A stretch of DNA of 64,000 bases from Mytilus californianus (GCF_021869535.1 NW_026262637.1:16182001-16246000), one strand, 5' to 3'; numbered from the stretch's first letter, positions 1 through 20,775 are shown. Numbers and translations: made by a program. Notes: generated from the letters alone by a model not told the origin.

Positions 1-438
1 TGAGCCCGGGTTTTGTCAAAGAACGTCTCGTCCTTTTTCTCAAGAAGTTCATTGGAAAGTACCTATACCTTATAGATAAATATTCAGTGTCTACTTCATC
101 AATAATACATGATGGGTTATAGATTCTAGGTGCAGAAATTGTGTATCTTTTTTCATTTCTTTTTACAGTTTTTCCCTTTATTTGTCTTCGTGCTATTATG
201 TTTCGTTTGGTATTCATGCATCCCGCTAAACAAGGTTTAGCTCACCATTAATTTTCCTTCGAAAAATACCTGTTCTAAGTCAGGAATATGACAGTTGTTT
301 TTCACTCGTTCCGTTGGTTGATAACGTTTGATTTGTCAGTTGTTTGTTGTGTACTAACAGATGGTAATGGGTTACAATTGATTGATTATAATGTATCAGT
401 TGATACTCTTGAAGACCTTTAACTAACTTTACAGTTTT

Positions 439-835
439 CTATGGTGGCCGGGTGCGGCCATTTCGCCTTTTCGCGTTTTGGCGTTTTCTCCTTTCACTTT
501 CACGCGAAATCGAGAAATCGAGAAATCGAGAAATCGGGAAATCGAGAAATCGAGAAATCGAAATCGAGAAATCGAGAAATCTGGAAATCGAGAAATCGAG
601 AAATCATGAAAGCATTAACTCGAAAACGCGAAGGCGAAAACGCGTTTTTGCTTTCTTGATTTCTCGATTTCGCGTTTTCGCTTTCTCGCTTTCTCGATTT
701 CCCGATCTCCCGATTTCCCGATTTCTCAATTTCTCGATTTCCCGATTTCGCGATTTCGCGATTTTGCGTTTGCAAAGTGAAAGGAGAAAACGCGAAAACG
801 CGAAAAGGTGAAATGGCCGCATCCGGCCACCATAG
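439..835. mobile_element. Foldback/MITE-like near-palindromic element with internal GAAATCGA tandem repeats
   Basis: The left arm ctatggtggccgggtgcggccatttcgcc... is the reverse complement of the right arm ...ggtgaaatggccgcatccggccaccatag. AGTTTTC occurs at 433-439 and 834-840 (likely 7-8 bp TSD). Confidence 0.85.
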
Positions 836-1416
836 TTTTCAATGTATGCATGTTTTCGTAAGATTAAACATATGTGCGTGTGTTCTTAGTAATACGCATA
901 TGGCGGGTATTCATCTTGATTCTCGTAGAGGACGAATGATTAAATTATCGTCTGGTATGATTCATTTAACGTTCATGACTTTATGGTCAAAATAGCTATG
1001 TTAACTGATTATGCGTGACTCATTTTGTATTTACCATTTAGTATGGATCAGTATGTGTAACTTTATTTTAAGCATTAGTCCTATACGATCCAGTAGGACT
1101 CATTAGGGAGTGTGTTCAATTTATAAGGATAGATATGATGTGTAGGATTCATACGGAGTAAGGCCAACCTACAGGAATAGATAACGTCAGTGACATAATA
1201 GGGTCACGCCCCTCCGAAAAGGCGCCAAGGGCTTTAGACTTGCATCAAACACCTCTCCCCCTTCTACTAATCTCGCGAAATGTTTGATTTAAATGTGACT
1301 TAAAATCCAGAAAAGAGCTTCGGACGCATGAACTTTATAAAATGTTGTTTTCCTATTTTTAAACAATGACCTTAAAACATGTCTAATACTTTTATTGTTT
1401 ATTACACCACTTCATT

Positions 1417-4103
1417 TTAAAACTGTCCTTCAAAAAGCAGTACTGCTGAAAAAAGGTTATATTTTTCACTTGCATAGACATTAGCTTGGTGGATATTCTG
1501 AACCCAAATGCGATCATGTTTGGCAAGTTTGACGTTTATTGTGTGTGAAGCCAATTCGTAGCTATCCCCACCTCCGGTCCACAGACGTACCAGCTCTTTA
1601 CCATTCTGAACTAACTGCAAATGAATCCCATTGTGTGGGTCTCCCATCAAACTGGCTGATAAACTATAAATTCCGCTAACTGTGACTTCAAATATTCCGG
1701 ATGTAGAATCGTATGCATTGCCTGTGTTTGTTATTGTAGTATCATAACGAATGATCTGCTGTGCTCCAACGGTAATACTATGGTTAAGCAGTGCTGTAAA
1801 CGCAACAACCTGACTAGGATGTCCTGAAATATAAATTGCAATTGGATTATACTTTTTCGCATAAAAAGACATGCTATCTTTATACTCAAGACAACTAAAG
1901 TTTAAAGTTTTAAAATGTGACCTTGCTGATAAAACCCGTTGAGATCATAAAATGTTTCATTTCACGAGATAGAAAATAAGTTTATTTTATTTGATGGATT
2001 TTACAGAGTGCTTTCTTAAATAGCGTCCAAAGAAATGTACTGCTATTGAACTATTGCAGTGACCTTAACAATGACACCTTTAGTTCGAAATTCTTCAACC
2101 GGACAGCGAAAGTGCGATGGGTAAATCGTGATGAAAGAAAAGCTTGACAAACGTGAAAGGAAGATATTATTGATCGCAATTTTTAAAGAAAAAATATAAA
2201 ACACCAATTAATTTAACAACTCTTATGACAAAGTTTAATACAAAATGGGAACGCATGGAAAATATATAAAAATATACATCGCTCTATCGTCTCCCTTATT
2301 TTCCATGTGTTCCATGAATCTGTGTTGATGGTTTGTCAAAAGGTAACAGTCGATAAACTTCGGCACCAAAACCCGAAGTTAATTAGCATCCATAGTTTTC
2401 AACAATCCTAGAATCAATTATTTGTCTATTTCACGTGAGAAAAACGTGCACATAGGACTTAGTTTGGTACATATGCATGCATTGGGTCTATTGCACGCTG
2501 TATCATGATATTGATAACAACTAATGAGGTGCAAAAAGTATGTCATTCTTAGATACAAAATATAGTGTCTTACCTGACAGACTGAGAGTTTTCATTTCAT
2601 TGGTTAAATTCATTATCTGTGAAAATTAAAGATAAAAGAAAAAAATCTAAATCACGAAAAATAATCTTTATTTAAACTTTTTAACACATTGCATTTTGTA
2701 ACTGCCTTAAAGATAAAGAATATTTAATATCATTAACGGTATCAATTTACTAAACTGCTATTTCAGAAAACTAAGGAATTGTCACAACTCTAGGTAGAAC
2801 AAAAACAACTAGTTTTGAAGTTAGTTTATTTCGTGGCACTGATTAAAACGGTCATGCATGTATGGTTAATTTTGAATTTCGTTTCGCTGTAAGCTTGATA
2901 GTGCACATTTTGTAAGGGAATTGTACATGCGCATTTTTTATTTAACTCACTGTCATGGCTTTGTCTTAAATATGGTTAACACAGTGATTTTGTGAAAATA
3001 AAAAACAAGTCGTATCAACCCTCTTCAGCCAAAATCAATTTGACAATATCATGTCAAGATGTGTATGTCGTTTTTGAGGATATAATATACTAATATGTTA
3101 TAAAGTGTTTGATAAAACTATGATATTCTACCTAAAGTTAGAGCTGCTTTGAAAACTTCGTCTTAAGGTTAGTAATTTAGAACAGATGTATCGATTTTTT
3201 TTTCTAAAAGTTGAATACATAACTTAACATACAATGGTGTACAGTATATAATACTTCTGCTCCAAAATCATGCCGAAAGTTATATGTTGGCATTGCACAA
3301 GGTCATGTTTTTCTCGGGCTGCTTATCACGCCCTGACACTGTTAGTGATGTCTTTGAGGACATGATTTCTATTTAAGTTATTAAAATTGAACTTTAAACT
3401 AAAAAAGTATACCAAAATAGACTAAACTCCAAGATAAATTAAAATAGGGGGAAAGTCCTTAAAAACTGACAATATCGAACGTTGGACTTTTTCAACCAAC
3501 GGAAACAACTGTCATATTCCTTACTTGTATAGGCTTTTTCTGTAGAACTTGGTGGGCTAATCCTGGGTTAACTCGCAGCAATTTAATGCACTTTTAAAGC
3601 TTTGAAGCGGTGCTTTGTGTGTCGTTTGTCTTTTATTAATTTATGTATTTGATTTGTTTCGCTAACCATCGATCTGATGAGCCAAATCCAACTAATTTTC
3701 GGTTTTGTACATTTGATTTTAAACGTATTTTTCCTCTATTAGATTTAACTAATATTAATGCCTTTTTTTCTTGCCATACTGAGCTATAGATCACAGTATT
3801 GCCATTATATTGCAATCCTTATTACTGGCTATTTTTAATACAGAAAACAAAAGAATTTTTCCTACCTGGGCATCTTTTTCATTTAAACGGTTCGTAAGCT
3901 GTGCTATTTTCTGATCCTTTGTGGAGGACTGTGCCATCAGAATTTTGAATTTTGACATCAATTTGATGTAAACGAGATTCCACGTAATCGCCATCGTTTA
4001 CCAGCAATCGTTTTTTTTTCAAATTTGAACATGACACAACAAAACAGAGTTGACAAACCAATAATACTTTCAATAAACAAGCAGATAAATAAACATGTTC
4101 CAT
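1417..4103 (-). CDS. Secreted C1q domain-containing protein (signal peptide, coiled coil, gC1q); frameshifted in exon 1, so possibly a pseudogene
   Basis: join complement(3866..4103, 2574..2616, 1417..1823). GT-AG sites have matching phases 0 and 1. gC1q motifs: VAFTALL, IIRYDTTITNTGNAYDSTSGIF, GIYSLS, NLFSAVLL. Hydrophobic N-terminus followed by KRLLVND. One extra base near 3943-3946 is needed to join exon 1 to exon 2 in frame. Confidence 0.85.
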
Positions 4104-4544
4104 GTTTATTCTCCGATTTCAATTTAAGTCAACAGTCGACCAATGACGCAAAATATTGATAAGAACGTGCCCTTCCTTCAGTCTTAGATATTCTTATCGA
4201 AATATTTCAGAATTAATCATTTTGATTAAGAACTAATATAGTATATATAAAAATGTTTATATCACACCAAGAAACTGTTTCTTCCTTTTTAAAAGGCTAT
4301 TGCAAATTAGTATAAACTGGTAACATAAAAGGTGTGCAATTTATGGTGTCTGATGGAAATAGTTTATATGTTTTAAAGCCTACTACACTGGTTCTTGAGA
4401 CCGCTGGTTGTATCTGAGTCTATTTATTGGTTCTTTACATGTTCTCGATAGTGTATTGAGTGATATCATTTACATATAGCGGTCTCGTGTAGCAATCTTG
4501 TAAGTAAACATCTTTACTTTACAATTATAAATAAAGTTTTACAT

Positions 4545-4940
4545 GTGGAGCAGGATCTGCTTACCCTTCGGAGCACCTGAGATCACCCCGGTGTTCTAGT
4601 GGGGTTTATGTTGCTAAGTCTTTGCTTTTCTGTGTTGTGTGTTGTGAACTGTTTTTTTTTTTTTGTCGTTTTCTATTTTTTTTTTGTCATGGCGTTGTCA
4701 ATTTGTTTTCGAGTTGTGAGTTTAAATGTCCCTTTGGTATGTTTTCCCCTTTCTTCTAACTGTCTTAAATTTGCTTGATAAACCTTTTCAACTGATTTCT
4801 ATAGTGTGTTCATATGTTGTGCTGTTACAACACTGTCCAAGGTTTTGGGAGGGTTGGGCGTTCGCAAACATGTGCAACCCTGCCACATTCTGTATGTGCC
4901 TGTCCCAAGTCAGGAGCCTGTAACTCTGTGGTTGTTGTTG
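4545..4940. repeat. Interspersed retroposon-tail-like repeat fragments
   Basis: Contains gagcaggatctgcttacccttcggagcacctgagatcacccc and cctgtcccaagtcaggagcct. The latter recurs at ~46785-46805 (inverted) and ~54473-54493. Confidence 0.55.
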
Positions 4941-4950
4941 CTGTATATCA

Positions 4951-5993
4951 TTTTTGTCGAGCCTTCGACTTTAGTCGAAAAAGCGAGACATAGCGATCCT
5001 ATATTCCGTCGTCGTCGGCGTCGTCGTCGTCGTCGTCGTTGTCGTCGGCGGCGTCCACAAATATTCACTCTGTGGTTAAAGTTTTTGAAATTTTAATAAC
5101 TTTCTTAAACTATCCTGGATTTCTACCAAACTTGGACAGAAGCTTGTTTATGATCATAAGATAGTATCCAGAAGTAAATTTTGTAAAAATAAAATTCCAT
5201 TTTTTCCGTATTTTACTTATAAATGGACTTAGTTTTTCTGCCGGGAAATATTACATTCACTCTGTGGTTAAAGTTTTTAAAAATTTAATAACTTTCTTAA
5301 ACTATCCTGGGTTTGTACCAAACTTGGACAGAAGCTTGTTTATGATCACAAGATAGTATCCAAAAGTAAATTTTGTAAAAAAATAAATCCATTTTTTCCT
5401 TATTTTACTTTTAAATGGACTTAGATTTTCTGCCAGGAAACAACACATTCACTCTGTGGTTAAAGTTTTTAAAATTTTAATAACTTTCTTATACTATTTT
5501 AGATTTGTACCAAACTTGGACAGAAGCTTGTTTATGAACAAATGCTAGTATCTAGAAGGAAATTTTGTAAAAAAATAAATCCATTTTTTCCGTATTTTTC
5601 TTTTAAATGGACTTAGATTTTCTGCCAGGAATCAACACATTCACTCTGTGGTTAAAGTTTTTAGAATTTTAATAACTTTCTTATACTCTTTTGGATTTGT
5701 AATGTCTACCAAACTTGGACAGAATCTTGTTTATGATCAAATGCTAGTATCTAGAAGGAAATTTTGTTTTCTTCCAGTTAACATTACATTCAGTCTGCAG
5801 TTAAAGTTTTTAAACATTTATTAGATTCATAAATTATCCTGGATTTTTACCAAACTTCGACAGAAGCTTCTTACAATCAAAAGATAGTATCAAGAGGAAT
5901 ATTTTTATTGATTTACTTCCTCATTTTTGTTGAGCCTGTGATTAACAGAAAAAGTAGGCGAGACACTGGGTTCCGCGGAACCCTTACGAATTT
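4951..5993 (-). mobile_element. Non-autonomous Helentron/HINE-like element with ~185-bp internal tandem repeats
   Basis: Terminal hairpin gtcgagccttcgactttagtcgaaaaagcgagac, a (GTC)n microsatellite at ~5008-5052, about five copies of cattcactctgtggttaaagttttt...cttggacagaagcttg, and T-rich ends. Confidence 0.8.
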
Positions 5994-6004
5994 TATTTTT
6001 TTCA

Positions 6005-6205
6005 TTCATTGTTTTGTACATAAACAAGGCCGTTAGTTTTCTTGTTTTACATTTGTCATTTTGGGGCCTTTTATAGCTAACCATGGGGTATGGGTTTTGC
6101 TGATTGTTGAAGCTGTACGGTGACCTATAGTTGTTAACTGCTATGTAATTTGGTCTCTGTTGGCGAGTTGTCTCATTGGCAATCATACCACATCTTCTTA
6201 TTTCT
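6005..6205. repeat. Abundant interspersed repeat (ttgtctcattggcaatcataccacatctt family)
   Basis: Related copies at ~13380-13500 (inverted), ~59030-59100 and ~62050-62400 (inverted). Confidence 0.75.
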
Positions 6206-6883
6206 ATATTTTACTTACATATGAAAACTAAGTCAAGTGAAGCGTAGATTAAGTAGAAAATGCTGAGGTGTAGTACATGTATTTTAGAAGTAAAATTAGA
6301 TGCTTTTAATATTATTTTATGAAGTTTAATTCAATAGGTAGAGTGACATACTTTTAATGAGAGCTGTAACAATCTTTTAAAGGTACCTTTATATCAAGTT
6401 ATATGATTGTACGTCATTTATTATCGGACCCAAACGATTATTTGATTGAGAAAGCTTTATATAATTCTTACCAAGATTATATTTCAGCATCATTCCTCAA
6501 TTGAGATCTCTTAACACAAACATTGTGCCAGAACCGTCATGTATTTGAGGAAATGATCTTGAAGTTTCGTATCACTTCTTCTTTGAGTGTCCTCGATGTT
6601 CAAATATTCGTCACCACTTATTTAACCATCTTCAATAGTTACCCGCTGGCTATACCGTGAGATCTGGAGCACACAACTTATGGTACCATTTCTATTCAAA
6701 TTTCTTATATATCCAAAGCAAATCCCTATTCAAAAGTTTAAAATTTAATAATAAAAGCCCGATTGATGACTTGATAAGAAGGTTCAAAACAAAGCAAAGA
6801 TCAACACAAACACATATGACATCATCTGACAGTGTATTTCATACAATTGCTAGCAATATTAATATACTATTTTCATATACTTG

Positions 6884-7030
6884 GGTCGTTGGTTCGATCC
6901 ACCTAATCAAATCAGACTTTGTTTTTGCAGCTTGGGCGCTAAACACGTGGCATTTAGGCGAAAGATCAAATCTGGAGGTAAAAATAATGTCTCGGGTAAG
7001 GTGACATGTCCTATTGTCAGCTTGTGGGCT
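6884..7030 (+). mobile_element. Degenerate tRNA-headed SINE fragment
   Basis: B-box-like ggttcgatcc, with a body similar to the 7428-7770 copy (aatgtctcgggtaaggtgacatgtcc). Confidence 0.55.
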
Positions 7031-7427
7031 AGTAAACAAAATATACAGATCAGCGTTTCAGCCAGGTGCAAAGCAGCATTCATATTTATAAACATTGCAC
7101 ATCAACATGTTCTTGTCCTGATAAAACATGAGATATTTCACACTGGGCGTTATACGTCTTTCCAATGCAAACATCATAAAAGCAATATATAATGGATGAA
7201 TTTGTTTGTTTCACATATATTACCCCAAAAATTGGTGTAAAATACTATTAAATAAATTCCTGCTTCTAAAATACGTCTATCTTAAATAATACCTGATAAA
7301 TGTATCCCTCTTCTCGGATTTTTTTTTATTAAAGACAATATTACCATCGTGGAAATCTGATAAATCGACACAAACATGTATCACATATGTTTTGCTTACT
7401 TTTTTATTTCATATTTAGATATAGTGA

Positions 7428-7770
7428 AACCGCCTCGGTGGTCTTCAGGTAGCGTGTTCACCTTTAGTGCAGGAGGTTATGGTTTCGAACACCAATCGGG
7501 TCAAACCAAAGACATTGAAATTGGTAGTTGCTGCTTCACCGCAATGCAACCGGCATTTAGAAGTAAGAGCGAAGACTGGTCGGCTTGGAAGTCAGAATAT
7601 GTCCGGGTAAGGTGACACTTCTTCCTGCGGACTGTTACCTTGTGCATTAGCACGTTAAAAATCCGGCTCGGCGTGTCGCTCTAGTACAAAGCAGGGTTAA
7701 TATTCATATTACATTAACATATGTTCGTCCTGGATATGCATTTTAATTTGCCGCTAGACGTTAAGCAGCC
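7428..7770 (+). mobile_element. tRNA-headed SINE (Meta-type core, inferred)
   Basis: A-box-like ggtggtcttcagg and B-box-like ggtttcgaacac, then ggtcaaaccaaagac...gactggtcggct. This body is shared with the inverted copy at 25330-25512. Confidence 0.7.
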
Positions 7771-7822
7771 ATTCATCATCATCAGATACACTGATGATGT
7801 TCCAACCTAACGGGGACTTTTT

Positions 7823-7970
7823 CAGTGGCGGATCCAGAAATTTTCATAAGTAGGGGCCCACTGACTGCCTAAGAGGGGCCCGCTCCAGTCATGCTTCAGT
7901 GATTCCCTATATAAACAACCAAATTTTTCCCACAAAAGAGGGGGGACCGGGCCCCCTAAATCCGCCTCTG
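7823..7970. mobile_element. Short MITE with CAGTGGCGGAT...ATCCGCCTCTG termini
   Basis: Imperfect TIRs. A degenerate relative lies at ~18702-18845. No clear TSD. Confidence 0.65.
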
Positions 7971-8154
7971 TTTCTATACTATATATGTATAGACTGTCCC
8001 TGAACCTAAGAAACCAACATTTCTGTGAGTGTTTGCATCTTAAATTTACTAGTGAACTTAGCTTTAAGAATTAGGACTCCTGACACCGGATGGTCAACTT
8101 TGTTTCTGGGTTTTAATCTTACAATTGGCAAAAACAATATTTCAAACAACAAAC

Positions 8155-8397
8155 GGGAATCGGTGGCCGAGTGGTCTAAGTGGTTCATCAACTGTATCAC
8201 TAGCCTGTAAACACTGAGGTTTGTGAGTTTAAACCTTGCAGGTGCGTTCGATTCCAATTTTGGTTGACCAGGGTTGCAAGTTTTCCTACTGAAGGTCGGT
8301 AGTTCTCTCAGGTTTCCTCTACCAATAAAAACTGACCGGCACCATTATAGCCAGTAGTGCTGAGAGTGGCGTTAAACACAGACAATCAATCAATTAA
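8155..8397 (+). mobile_element. tRNA-headed SINE, second family, with (TCAA)n tail
   Basis: A-box ggtggccgagtggtctaag and gttcgattcc, ending in gtggcgttaaacacagacaatcaatcaa. Confidence 0.7.
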
Positions 8398-8724
8398 AAT
8401 TGGCACATGCATCTTCAAACTAGAATCTATTACAAACGTGAAATTTATCAGTTTTCTCATTGTAGTTTTGATTTTTCAAGAGTAATATACCATCTGCCTC
8501 ATTCTATGGCACCTACATATATGACTTACAAAAATTGAATACATTATATATATGTGCATATACAGGCCTCATTGACAGTGATGGGCTAATATTGCAAAAA
8601 CTGCTCCCCCAAGCCATTGTTCAGAAGAAGTACGATTGAATAATACATAAAAAGGATAATAGGAACTATAGAGAGCAGAAACAATTTGTGTACTTACCAT
8701 GCTTATACACAGGGTGGTTAATTT

Positions 8725-10780
8725 AACTGTACAGTTTTTTTCCTTGTATGGGACACTTTCTAGAAGTGGTGAATAACTGTGCCAGGTTTCATTCCAAAAT
8801 CCAAGGTGATTGAAAGTTAGAGAGCAGAAACAATTTTTTGTGACTATGTAGGGTTGAGACTTATTTGAAGTTTTTTTTTACTTTACTGCTGTGTCTTCTA
8901 ACTTGTACCAAACACACCTTTTATATATTAGTGGTGAATAAGCATGCCATGTTTCAATACCTAAATCAAATGGATTTGAAAATTAAGAGAGCGGAAATGA
9001 TTTGTGACAGGGAAGGTTTTCACACTGATTACTATAGGCCCTTTTCTGTTTTATTTGCTTGGCCCTAATTATCAAAATATTTTTTACAAATTGACCAAAT
9101 TTTTAAAGCTTTTTTCATCATAGAACAAATACCTCCATATAATCAGCCATTAACACAACATTTTACATTTATAAGGAAGAAAAATTTATAAAAATAAGAT
9201 ATAAACAAGAGGCTCATGAGAGCCTGATATCGCTCACCTGTAATTTCAGTTTCAGGCATTTGACTTATTTGCAGATCATACTTTACTGAACAATTTTGTC
9301 ATTTACACTTTCTCTCTTTCTATAATAATATTAAAGATAATACATAACCCAAAACTGTAAAATTGCCTAAAGTTTAACTATTTCTGGACAGTAACCCAAC
9401 AATAAGTTGTCCTATTGGTCTGAAGATTACTTGACATGTAGATCTAAACCCGTTTAACACTTTCACCTATGTCAGTTTTGCTCTTACTGCTTTAGTTTTT
9501 GAGATGAAAGCCAAAAATTTCATTTGACCCCTATATTCTACTTTTAGAAACTGCAGCCATGTTTTTGAAAGGATCAAATCCCTGAATACAATCTATAAAC
9601 TAGATACCATAAGGAACATTCAATTAAAGTTTTTAAGTATTTGGCCCAGTAGTTTCAGAGGAGAAGATTCTTGAAATAGTTTACGATGATGGACAACGAA
9701 GACGGAAGCCAAGTGATGGCATAAGCTCACATGGGGCACTTTGGGCCCCGGTGAGCTAAAAAGCAAGCTGCTAAAATGCTACCATATTAATTCCTGATTG
9801 ATATATAGAACAAAAAAACATGATCTTACATAAAAAAATATTTGTGGTGAATAAGCATGCAAATGCAAATTCAACATGCAAATTCAAATGATCTTTAATA
9901 AAATAAATACATTACAATATTTCTATATTATTTGATCAATGCTGATGTGGTGTTTTCATTTCAACAAAGTTATTATACTACTGTTTATTTATTCAGAATG
10001 CACATTGGCATTATTACATACCTTTTGTGTAATAAAATAGGAACAAGAGGATAGCCAAGGAAGCCATCAGAGAAGGCCTGCAGCATGTAATAAGTAAATT
10101 GTGATGCAATTCGGCCTATTCAATTTAAATGTATTTATATGCACTGTACAGTTTCTTAATTGTATGGGACAAACCTTCTAATAGTGATGAATCAGCATGC
10201 TAGGTTTCATTCCCAAAATCCAAGGAGATGGAAATTTAGAGAGCAGAAACGATTTTTGTACATATGTACAGGGTTCCGACTAATTTGAAGTTTTTTTTTG
10301 CATGACCTTCACTGTTGTGTCTTCTTATTTGTACCAAACACACTTAGTTAATCATAAAAAGTTTCATTACCTAATTCCAATTGGTTTGATTAATATAGGC
10401 CTTTCTTAGATTAATCTGCCTTAATAATTAAAATACTCTTTTGTTACAAGATTTTATTAATTTAATTTTTAAAGCTGTTTTCATCATAGAACAAAATACC
10501 TAAATATTATCAGCCATTAACACAACATTTTACATTTATAAGTAAGAAAAAGTTATAAAAAAATAAGATATAAAAAGCAAGCTGCTAAAATGCTACCATG
10601 GTAATTCCTGATTTATATATAGAACAAAAAAACATGATCTTACATAAAAAAATATTTGCCAATTCAAATGATCTTTAACAAAATAAATCATTACAACATT
10701 TCTATATTATATGATCAATGCTGATGTGGTGTCTTCATTTCAACAAAATGTGTATACTATTGTTTATTTAGAATTGTCTG
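8725..10780. repeat. Diverged ~650-bp direct duplication downstream of ZC4H2
   Basis: Copy A (8725-9985, interrupted by 9206-9757) aligns with copy B (10144-10780). Examples: cagccattaacacaacattttacatttataag and atagaacaaaaaaacatgatcttacataaaaaaatatttg occur in both. Confidence 0.85.
9206..9757 (+). mobile_element. Non-autonomous Helentron/HINE-like element
   Basis: Absent from the paralogous site at ~10570. It has the terminal hairpin agctcac...gtgagct and a gacgga-type microsatellite remnant, and is inserted in an A run without a TSD. Confidence 0.85.
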
Positions 10781-10886
10781 AGATCTACTTCACTACCATC
10801 TACAATCTAAGGACATCATATTGTGACTATGAACCCTGTCTTTCACAACCATTGTGTCAGCACCATTGATTCTTGGAGATAATCTC

Positions 10887-18172
<7,286 letters not shown>

Positions 18173-20775
18173 TGTTTATAGCTTTCTGAGTTACTGAAAA
18201 GCTTTACATCTGATGTGTAACTTTATGTATTACAAACGTACTAGTGATGTATTTTAAAATTAGACAAATAACGGAGTAGATACGTTTTAAATTCCGGATT
18301 CATTGAAATATTACTGGAAAATCTCCAAACTCTTTAATTCAAATAATCTTCTACATAGTATATACTGGAGTAAAGTTTTCTGCTAGGGATGTCAATCTTT
18401 CACTTTGCTGAAATCATCTTCTCCCAATTCCTCTTCAGTACGATGGACAAAAAACAAAAGAATAGAGAAAAATGAGCCAAAGAAATGAATAGAGAATACA
18501 AAAATAAAAATATCTTAATTATCATGTTACAATTAGCTTCTTGTGTTATTCTTATTTGTTTATTATATAGTCTGCTCATCTTATTTGCTTAATGTTGTAA
18601 TTAAGCAAGCTTTGAAATTTGTATTTTATCTAATTTTTAGTTGTTATTTACTTTTACTTAAAATTTTTAGTTGTGCTTGCATGTTATTATTTTATATCAA
18701 TCTGGTGTGGATCCAGAATTTTGAAGAAGGGGGGCCCTGATAAGCCAAAGTTGGAAGTAATATTTATGAAGAGTCAGTGCATTTATCATGTATGAAGCTC
18801 CATAAGGGGTGTCCCTGGGACCCCTGCCCCCTAAATCCACCTGTCGCCGTGTGCTGATATGCTGTATTTATGCATTTAAATATGTGCTGCTTAAATCCTT
18901 TTTCTGCTTGCACTCTTTTTTTATGTTATTTATATGTTAATTTTATTTTGTAAAAAGCTCCATAGAGCTTACATAATCCTTATGTTTATATTGCTATGTG
19001 TAACCGAATCAAAATAAAACTAACATGAAAATAAGGCCAAATTTAGGTGTACCTAGTAAAATAGTCCTGCACTCATTACAGTCATACTATAGGCCATTTG
19101 TAGATTATTAATTTACAGAAACAATGAAACTGAGCTAAATATGAAACTTTAAGGGAAATTCACCCTCTCTTTTTTTAAGGGGGGTCTCAGGACAAAGAAT
19201 TTTTTATAACTGCATTTAATTATAAGCCAACTATCTTTTTCAATAGTATACAGGAGCATGATATGTTCTTTTTTTAAGTCAATGTTTTGTTTTTATTTGT
19301 GTATAATTCTATAGAAACAAACATTTTGTTTACCTCCCCTTTAAATCAAAATTTTTTTAAAGAAATTTAGAATAAATAATTCATTTTAAAATGTGTATCC
19401 CCCAACAAAACATTTATCATTGAACCATTAAATGAGATTGTGCACCTGACAATCATTCTGTACAAAAAATGTGGCTGAACTATAATTATTTAAAAACTAC
19501 CATATCAGGATTATTATAATGTTTTCAGAAGATTTTTAAGTTTTAATAACAGTGGCAAGCCTATTTAAATTGAGATTTAAATAATGATCGTTCACCATAC
19601 TTCTTTAACAGATTGGTCTGTGTGCTTGGTTTTCAGACTTAAACATCTAAAAAACAAAAACTTTTGCGAGGAAAATATTTCTCATTTCATTGTTGGATAA
19701 CTATCAAACTTCAGTTTTTTTAAATTATTTTTTTTATAGTTTTACAACATAATGGTAGAGAAAGACAAATGGAAGATTGTGTGCTCATGTAAAACTGGAT
19801 TAACCACATGTTGTGCCTATACCAGTGACCAAGACTGGCTATCTCGACCATGTGTTGTTCTTTGTTGTTTGTCTTTGGTTGTATGTCTGTTTTTATTTAG
19901 AGGAGTTGGGTGTTGGTATTGAGGTAGTCTTTAGTACTGTGCAGTATCTTTGGATTTTCCTGTTATCTTTTTTTATATATATATAAAAGTATATATTTGG
20001 TATAGACAGATGTAATCTCATCTCACCCAACTTCCTCGTGATCAGCATACACACTCTGTAAACTGCCTTTTTCCTCATCTTTTGAATGTTTTTGAATCTG
20101 CTCAATGTTAAATGGGAGCCAGAAAAATCAAACACTGACAAGATTAGTTATGATTTCCTCAATCTCTACACCTCACAAACCAAATGGACCAAGGTTTGAA
20201 ATCTTATTCTGGGGTGTCATAGATTTCCAGGTCTTGCACTGTTTCTGGTGTTAGATTCTTAGATTCTCTATGCCTCTAGATTTTCATAAGACATGTATGA
20301 GGAACATTTAACTTAATTCTTTTACTCTTGGAGAAGATTTTCGGACAGAAAATTTGAATCCTTTATCAGAAAATGATGAAATCCATATTTTGCCTGTGGA
20401 AACTTTAAAATCAAAATTGATGCTAAAAATATAAACTTCCATCATATCATTCAGGGGCCAGAAAAGCAACATTTGTGTCTCACCTTTCTAAAAATTCATC
20501 ACAGGAATTATACTCCTTACATAAAATTTGTTAAGTTAACCTATATATAACTAGGTTAGAGTTAACTAAGATATTGTGGTACTTAGAATATGTAAACACC
20601 ATAGTTACCTAGCAGGAAAATTAATGTCTAAATCTTAGCTGCAGTAACTTTCATTGCAGGTGAAATGAAAACTTGAACCAAAGATTAAAGCATGAAAATG
20701 TGGTCAAAGTAATGCAAACATTTACATTCTGCTTTGCTAGATACCAGCTGAAGTGTGAACTGAATATTATTAGTA

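Noticed and set aside
441-822. Four overlapping ORFs rich in SRNREIEK/FSISRF
   Set aside because: They are translations of the 8-bp repeats inside a palindromic MITE.
4806-5096. ORF with a poly-Arg tract (protamine-like)
   Set aside because: The Arg run is the (GTC)n microsatellite of a HINE end, and the ORF crosses unrelated repeats.
7428-8397. tRNA genes
   Set aside because: A/B-box-like heads lack a cloverleaf and run into SINE bodies and tails.
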